NCBI GenBank assembly: GCA_963782055.1
Contig: CAWAIF010000003.1
Span: 320,001-384,000 of the forward strand
Source: an uncultured delta proteobacterium
GTDB taxonomy: Bacteria > Myxococcota_A > Polyangia > Polyangiales > Polyangiaceae
Length of the DNA: 64,000 nucleotides
Reading direction: 5' to 3'
Notes under the pieces: model-generated
What the model was told of the DNA's origin: nothing
Seen by the model: the letters and a program-made list of their open reading frames with translations, nothing else
The model's database searches: none
Part shown: positions 59,391-64,000 of the stretch, piece by piece
Layout: every line of letters begins with the position of its first letter
Position numbering within the stretch: position 1 is the first letter of the stretch
Position numbers and translations under genes: made by a program

Positions 59391-60328
59391 AGGTCCTGGT
59401 GCCGGGGATCTCCGGGCTGTTCGCGCGCATCGTCGCGCGCAAGCTGCTGGAGCACGGGCACGTGGTCGCGGGCATCGACGCGCGCCCGTGGCCGGACGCG
59501 CCGGCGGGCGTCACGGTGCACCTGCACGACATCCGCAAGCGCGCGGCGGAGGACGTGTTCCGCACCTTCGCGCCGGACGCGGTGATCCACATGGGCACCG
59601 TCACGCACCTGCGCGAGAAGAGCGAGGATCGCTATCGCGTCAACCTGGGCGGCACGCGCGCGGTGTTCGACCACTGCCACACCTACGGCGTGCCGACGGT
59701 CATCTTCGTCGGGCGCCACACGTACTACGGCGCCTCGGCGGACTCGCCGCTCTACCACACGGAGGAGGAGCCGCCCTCGGGCGCGACGCACTTCCCGGAG
59801 CTGGCCGATCTGGTCGCCGCCGACCTGTACGCGGGCTCGGCGCTGTGGCGCTACCCCGAGCTGTGCACCATCGTGCTGCGCCTCTGCTACACGCTGGGAC
59901 CCACCCACCACGGGACGCTCGCGTCCTTCCTCGCGAGCTCGCGCGTGCCGACAGTGCTGGGCTTCGACCCGCTGTTCCACTTCATGCACGAACAGGACGC
60001 GGCCGCGGGGATCGTCACGGCGCTGGAGGCGAAGCAGCGCGGGGTCTACAACGTGTCCGGCCCGCCGCCGCTGCCGCTCTCGATCATCATCCGGGCGGCG
60101 GGTTGCAGGCAGGTGCCGGTGCCGGAGCCGCTCTTCCGCCTGCTGCTCGGCCACTTCGGGCTTCCCCGGCTGTCGGAGGGCGCCATCGCGCACATCAAGT
60201 ACCCGATCGTGATCGACAGCATGCGCTTCCGGAAGCTCACCGGGTTCCGCTTCGAGTACGACGCGCCGGCGACGATCGAGTCGTTCCGCGCGTCACACGG
60301 CACGCGCCGCTCTTCGCCGCCGGAGTAG
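59387..60328 (+). CDS. NAD-dependent epimerase/dehydratase (extended SDR)
   Basis: [29 protein letters not shown]; coupled to the acyltransferase. Confidence 0.87.
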   Translation: MKVLVPGISGLFARIVARKLLEHGHVVAGIDARPWPDAPAGVTVHLHDIRKRAAEDVFRTFAPDAVIHMGTVTHLREKSEDRYRVNLGGTRAVFDHCHTYGVPTVIFVGRHTYYGASADSPLYHTEEEPPSGATHFPELADLVAADLYAGSALWRYPELCTIVLRLCYTLGPTHHGTLASFLASSRVPTVLGFDPLFHFMHEQDAAAGIVTALEAKQRGVYNVSGPPPLPLSIIIRAAGCRQVPVPEPLFRLLLGHFGLPRLSEGAIAHIKYPIVIDSMRFRKLTGFRFEYDAPATIESFRASHGTRRSSPPE

Positions 60329-60361
60329 GTTGGGCGGCGCCAGGTTCGGGGCGCCGAGTGT

Positions 60362-61189
60362 ATGCTCCCCGCCATGAAGCGCTCCGGGTGGATGCCGATC
60401 GTCGTCGTGTCTCTCTGCGCGTGCGGAGGCGCGAGCCCCGCGCCCGCGTCGTCTCCGGCCACGGCGGTGGCGCCGTCCGCGTCCGGCACCGCGTCGGCCG
60501 TCGTCGTGCCTGCAGCCGTCCGCGCGGCGGTGGACGCGCCGGACCGCAGCGCCGACGATCGCGCGCTGGACGCGGGGCGCCACCCCGCCGAGACGCTCGC
60601 GTACTTCGGCATCGCGCCGGGGATGAAGGTGGCGGAGCTCGGGGCGGGCACCGGCTACACGACGGAGCTGCTCGCGCGCACGGTCGGCGCGGGCGGGACG
60701 GTCTTCGCGCAGAACAACCGGTTCGTGCTGGAGAAGTTCGCCGAGAAGCCGTGGAGCGCGCGCCTCGCGGAGCCGGTGATGAAGAACGTGGTGCGCGTGG
60801 ACCGGGAGTTCGACGACCCGCTCCCCCCGGAGGCGCACGACCTCGACGCGGTGGTGATGATCCTCTTCTATCACGACACCTTCTGGCTCGGCGCCGACCA
60901 GGCCAAGATGAACGCGGCCGTCTTCCGCGCGCTCAAGCACGGCGGTGTCTACGGGATCGTCGACCACCGCGCGGCCGACGGCGCGGGCGCCACGGCGGCG
61001 CAGACGCTCCATCGCATCGACGAGAAGCTGGTCGTCCAGCAGGTGAAGGCCGCGGGCTTCGTGCTCGACGGCGAGGCTGACTTTCTGCGCAACGCCGCGG
61101 ACGCCCACGACTGGAACGCCTCGCCGCGCGCCGCGGGGGTGCGCCGCGGCACGAGCGACCGCTTCGTGCTCCGCTTCAAGAAGCCCTGA
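60362..61189 (+). CDS. Exported SAM-dependent methyltransferase (lipoprotein)
   Basis: Start at 60362 or 60374; LCAC; RHPAETLAYFGI, ELGAGTGY, FYHD, SDRFVLRF. Confidence 0.88.
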   Translation: MLPAMKRSGWMPIVVVSLCACGGASPAPASSPATAVAPSASGTASAVVVPAAVRAAVDAPDRSADDRALDAGRHPAETLAYFGIAPGMKVAELGAGTGYTTELLARTVGAGGTVFAQNNRFVLEKFAEKPWSARLAEPVMKNVVRVDREFDDPLPPEAHDLDAVVMILFYHDTFWLGADQAKMNAAVFRALKHGGVYGIVDHRAADGAGATAAQTLHRIDEKLVVQQVKAAGFVLDGEADFLRNAADAHDWNASPRAAGVRRGTSDRFVLRFKKP

Positions 61190-61262
61190 CGTTCGCGCGC
61201 GTGCGGACCGCCGTACAAGAAGCGCTGGCGGGCGCGTGCGGACCGACTAGATTGCGCGGCCG

Positions 61263-62354
61263 ATGCCCAGCCTCTTCGACCCGCTCGTCTTCCGCAACGG
61301 CGTCCGCGCCAAGAACCGCGTGGTGCTCGCACCGATGACCAACCCGCAGAGTCACGAGGACGGCACCCTCGGCGAGGACGAGCTGCGCTGGCTCCTCATG
61401 CGCGCGGAGGGCGGCTTCGGCGTGGTGACAACGTGCGCGGCGCACGTGGCAAAGGACGGGCAGGGCTTCCCCCACGAGCTCGGCGCCTTCGACGAGATGC
61501 ACCTGCCCGGCCTCACGCGGCTGGCGACCGAGCTGCGCGCGCGGGGGGCGACGTCCATCCTGCAGCTCGTCCACGCGGGCCTGCGCGCGCCCTCGCGGCT
61601 CACCGGATCGCAGCCCTGGAGCGCCAGCGAGGCGGCGGAGGGGCCAGGCGCTCCGGACTCGGCACGCGCCGCGACCGAGGAGGACCTCCGCCGCGTCATC
61701 GGACAGTTCGGCGACGCGGCGGACCGCGCGCGTCGAGCGGGCTTCGATGGCGTGGAGATCCACGGCGCGCACGGCTACCTCCTCACCCAGTTCCTCAGCG
61801 TTCAGACCAATCGCCGCGATGACGCGTGGGGCGGTTCCCTCGAGCATCGCGCGCGCATCGTGCGCGAGGTGGCCCGCGCGATCCGAGCGCGCGCGCCGGC
61901 GTCCTTCGTGGTGGGCGTACGCATCTCGCCGGAGGACTTCGGGCAGGCGAAGGGTCTCGACCTGGACGAGTCGGTCCAGGTGGCGCAGTGGCTCGCCCTC
62001 GATGGCGTGGACTACGTCCACCTCTCCCTGTGGGACGTGAACCCGCCCTCGAAGAAGTACCCCGACCGCCACGCCATCGCGGTCTTTCGCGACGCACTCC
62101 CGCGCGACCTCCCCATCATCGCGGCGGGCTCGGTGTGGACACGCCAGGAGGCCGAGCGGGTGCTGGAGCTCGGGGCCGACGCCGTGGCGCTGGCGCGCGC
62201 GGCCATCGTCAACCCGGAGTGGGCGAACCGCGCGGCGGACCCCTTGTGGGAGCCCCGCCGCCCTCCGCTGACGCCGGAGGAGCTCCACGAGCGCGGTGTG
62301 AGCCCGCCCTTCGTCGAGTACGTCCGCCGCTGGAAGAACTTCGTCGCCCCCTGA
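61263..62354 (+). CDS. NADH:flavin oxidoreductase (Old Yellow Enzyme family)
   Basis: NRVVLAPMT, AGFDGVEIHGAHGYLLTQFLS, NRRDDAWGGS. Confidence 0.94.
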   Translation: MPSLFDPLVFRNGVRAKNRVVLAPMTNPQSHEDGTLGEDELRWLLMRAEGGFGVVTTCAAHVAKDGQGFPHELGAFDEMHLPGLTRLATELRARGATSILQLVHAGLRAPSRLTGSQPWSASEAAEGPGAPDSARAATEEDLRRVIGQFGDAADRARRAGFDGVEIHGAHGYLLTQFLSVQTNRRDDAWGGSLEHRARIVREVARAIRARAPASFVVGVRISPEDFGQAKGLDLDESVQVAQWLALDGVDYVHLSLWDVNPPSKKYPDRHAIAVFRDALPRDLPIIAAGSVWTRQEAERVLELGADAVALARAAIVNPEWANRAADPLWEPRRPPLTPEELHERGVSPPFVEYVRRWKNFVAP

Positions 62355-62530
62355 CCTGACGCGCCAGCCCCGCCCCTGCCGCCACCCCTGTCCCGGGACA
62401 CCCCCCCAGGCCACCCATGCCACCCACGTTTCGACGCCAGATCATTAGCAAGCACTCGAAAGGGCCTCGAAACGTAGGGGGGCGGGGGGGGGGGAGAAGG
62501 GGGGGCACGGGGTGTGCAGTGGGGGAGGGG

Positions 62531-63037
62531 ATGGATGCCATCATGTTCGGGCTCAAGCGGGCCTATCAGTCGACGCTCACCCTCGGGCGCGCCATCTGTT
62601 CCAAGTTTGCGCAGGGGCTGACGCCGGCGCGGCTGGACATGATGTACGCGATTCACGACAACGCGATGAACTACGTGACGCAGATGAAGCTGCGCCGGCT
62701 GCTCGGGGTGTCGCGGCCGACGGTCAGTCGCATGTTGAAATCGCTCGAGGGGCTGGGATGGGTGGAGCGCGGCCCGGGGCCGCACCTGGACAGGCGCACC
62801 CGCAAGGTGCGGCTCACCGAGCGCGGCGTCGCGCTGCTCAAGCGCGTGCTCGCCGCCGTCCTCGCCACCGACATGGTGAAGTTCATCGTCGACACCTCGC
62901 TCTCGATGGGGAGGTTCTGGGACGCAGGCCGCTGTCTGGTGGAGCGCGATCGCACCGAGGGCATCCTGCGGCGCATACGGCACGACTTCGGCGACACCGC
63001 GAGCATCGAGTACCCGTGGGACCACCCCGACGACTGA
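62531..63037 (+). CDS. MarR-family transcriptional regulator
   Basis: ATG 62531 after GGAGGGG; GLTPAR, LGVSRPTVSRMLKSLEGLGWVER, DRRTRKVRLTERG. Confidence 0.88.
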   Translation: MDAIMFGLKRAYQSTLTLGRAICSKFAQGLTPARLDMMYAIHDNAMNYVTQMKLRRLLGVSRPTVSRMLKSLEGLGWVERGPGPHLDRRTRKVRLTERGVALLKRVLAAVLATDMVKFIVDTSLSMGRFWDAGRCLVERDRTEGILRRIRHDFGDTASIEYPWDHPDD

Positions 63038-63127
63038 CGCGCGGGCCATCCGGGCGGGCGCCCCGCAACGCCCCCCACACATCGTGATCGCTTGACGGAC
63101 CGCTGTGCCCTTGCAAGCCTGCGGTTC

Positions 63128-64000
63128 ATGCTGCGCGCCTCGCACCTGGCCTGGGTCGCCGCGGCGCTGGCGGTCGCCGGTGCGTGCGGAGCGTGCGACG
63201 CGTGCGACGCGAACCGATCCGCGGCGGACGCCGGCTCGCCTCCCGTTGCCTCCACCACCACCCTCACCGTCGCCCCCCCCGTGCCTAAGGTCGCGTGGGA
63301 CCCGAAGGTGAAGGCGGACGCCATCGCCCGCGGCAAGGAGGTCTTCGCCAAGAACGAGTGCACCCGCTGCCACGTCATCGACGACGTGGCGAAGCCGACG
63401 CGCCCCAACCACTGCACCGGGTGCCACGAGTTCCTGCATGGTCTGAAGCCGGGCGGGCGCCAGTACGAGGAGATCAAGGCCAAGTACGGTCCGGGCATCC
63501 TGGAGCGCTACCAGAGGAACATCGTCGACCTGCTCCACGTGCCCAACCTGAGCGACATCGGCAAGCGGGTGCGCGGCGACTACATCGCCAGGTTCCTGGC
63601 CGAGCCCTACGACCAGCGCCCGACACTGGACGACAGCATGATCCGCCACAAGCTCTCGCCCGACGAGATCAAGGCGGTGGTGCGTTACTTCGTGGCCGTC
63701 TCCGACGCGCCGGACCCCTACGCCCCCGGCTACGCCGCCCCGACGCTCCCGCCGAAGCCGGACGCGGCGCGCCTGCAGCAGGGCAAGCACCTCTTCATGT
63801 CGCGCGGGTGCACCGCGTGCCACACCTTCGGCAACGTCGAGACCGGCATGACGCGTCAGGGGCTGGAGGGCGCCGCCGCGGCCAACGCGCTCGCTCCCAA
63901 CCTGCGCTTCGCCCCCGAGCGCACCCGCCCGGACGTCATCGTCTCGTGGATCGTCAACGCTCCCTCCATCCTGCCCGGCACCGCCATGCCGCCCGGCGCG
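63128..64000 (+). CDS. Exported multiheme c-type cytochrome (3'-truncated by window edge; absent from ORF track)
   Basis: MLRASHLAWVAAALAVAGAC signal; CTRCH, CTGCH and CTACH heme motifs; frame open to the window end. Confidence 0.88.
   Translation, partial: MLRASHLAWVAAALAVAGACGACDACDANRSAADAGSPPVASTTTLTVAPPVPKVAWDPKVKADAIARGKEVFAKNECTRCHVIDDVAKPTRPNHCTGCHEFLHGLKPGGRQYEEIKAKYGPGILERYQRNIVDLLHVPNLSDIGKRVRGDYIARFLAEPYDQRPTLDDSMIRHKLSPDEIKAVVRYFVAVSDAPDPYAPGYAAPTLPPKPDAARLQQGKHLFMSRGCTACHTFGNVETGMTRQGLEGAAAANALAPNLRFAPERTRPDVIVSWIVNAPSILPGTAMPPGA

Overview
High-GC window whose gene content (giant TPR protein, Ser/Thr kinase, many Cys-rich lipoproteins with DAG/DGG linkers) suggests a myxobacterium, probably Polyangiales-like; the taxonomy is inference. 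About 50 CDS can be supported. They include glyQ, a 4049-aa TPR protein, an ECF sigma/anti-sigma operon, hmgA-hppD with a divergent LysR, a GH31 glycosidase, an ABC1 kinase and a multiheme cytochrome c cut by the window edge. No rRNA, tRNA or CRISPR array was seen. The main find is two candidate peptide-modification (RiPP-like) loci about 13 kb apart, each built around an AMMECR1-domain + alpha/alpha-barrel fusion protein. Locus A (35231-38033, possibly to 39947) has two tandem paralogous lipoprotein-like peptides sharing a VAYCCF core, followed by a ferritin-like di-iron enzyme and the AMMECR1 fusion. Locus B (50674-54396) has the AMMECR1 fusion coupled to a YcaO ending in PHPFP, plus a convergent lipoprotein-like peptide with a 15-aa tandem I-[VI]-E-A-P-Y-[FY] repeat. 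A roughly 170-bp structured intergenic repeat occurs three times and abuts truncated gene remnants twice. All calls come from reading motifs by eye; no database searches were run.
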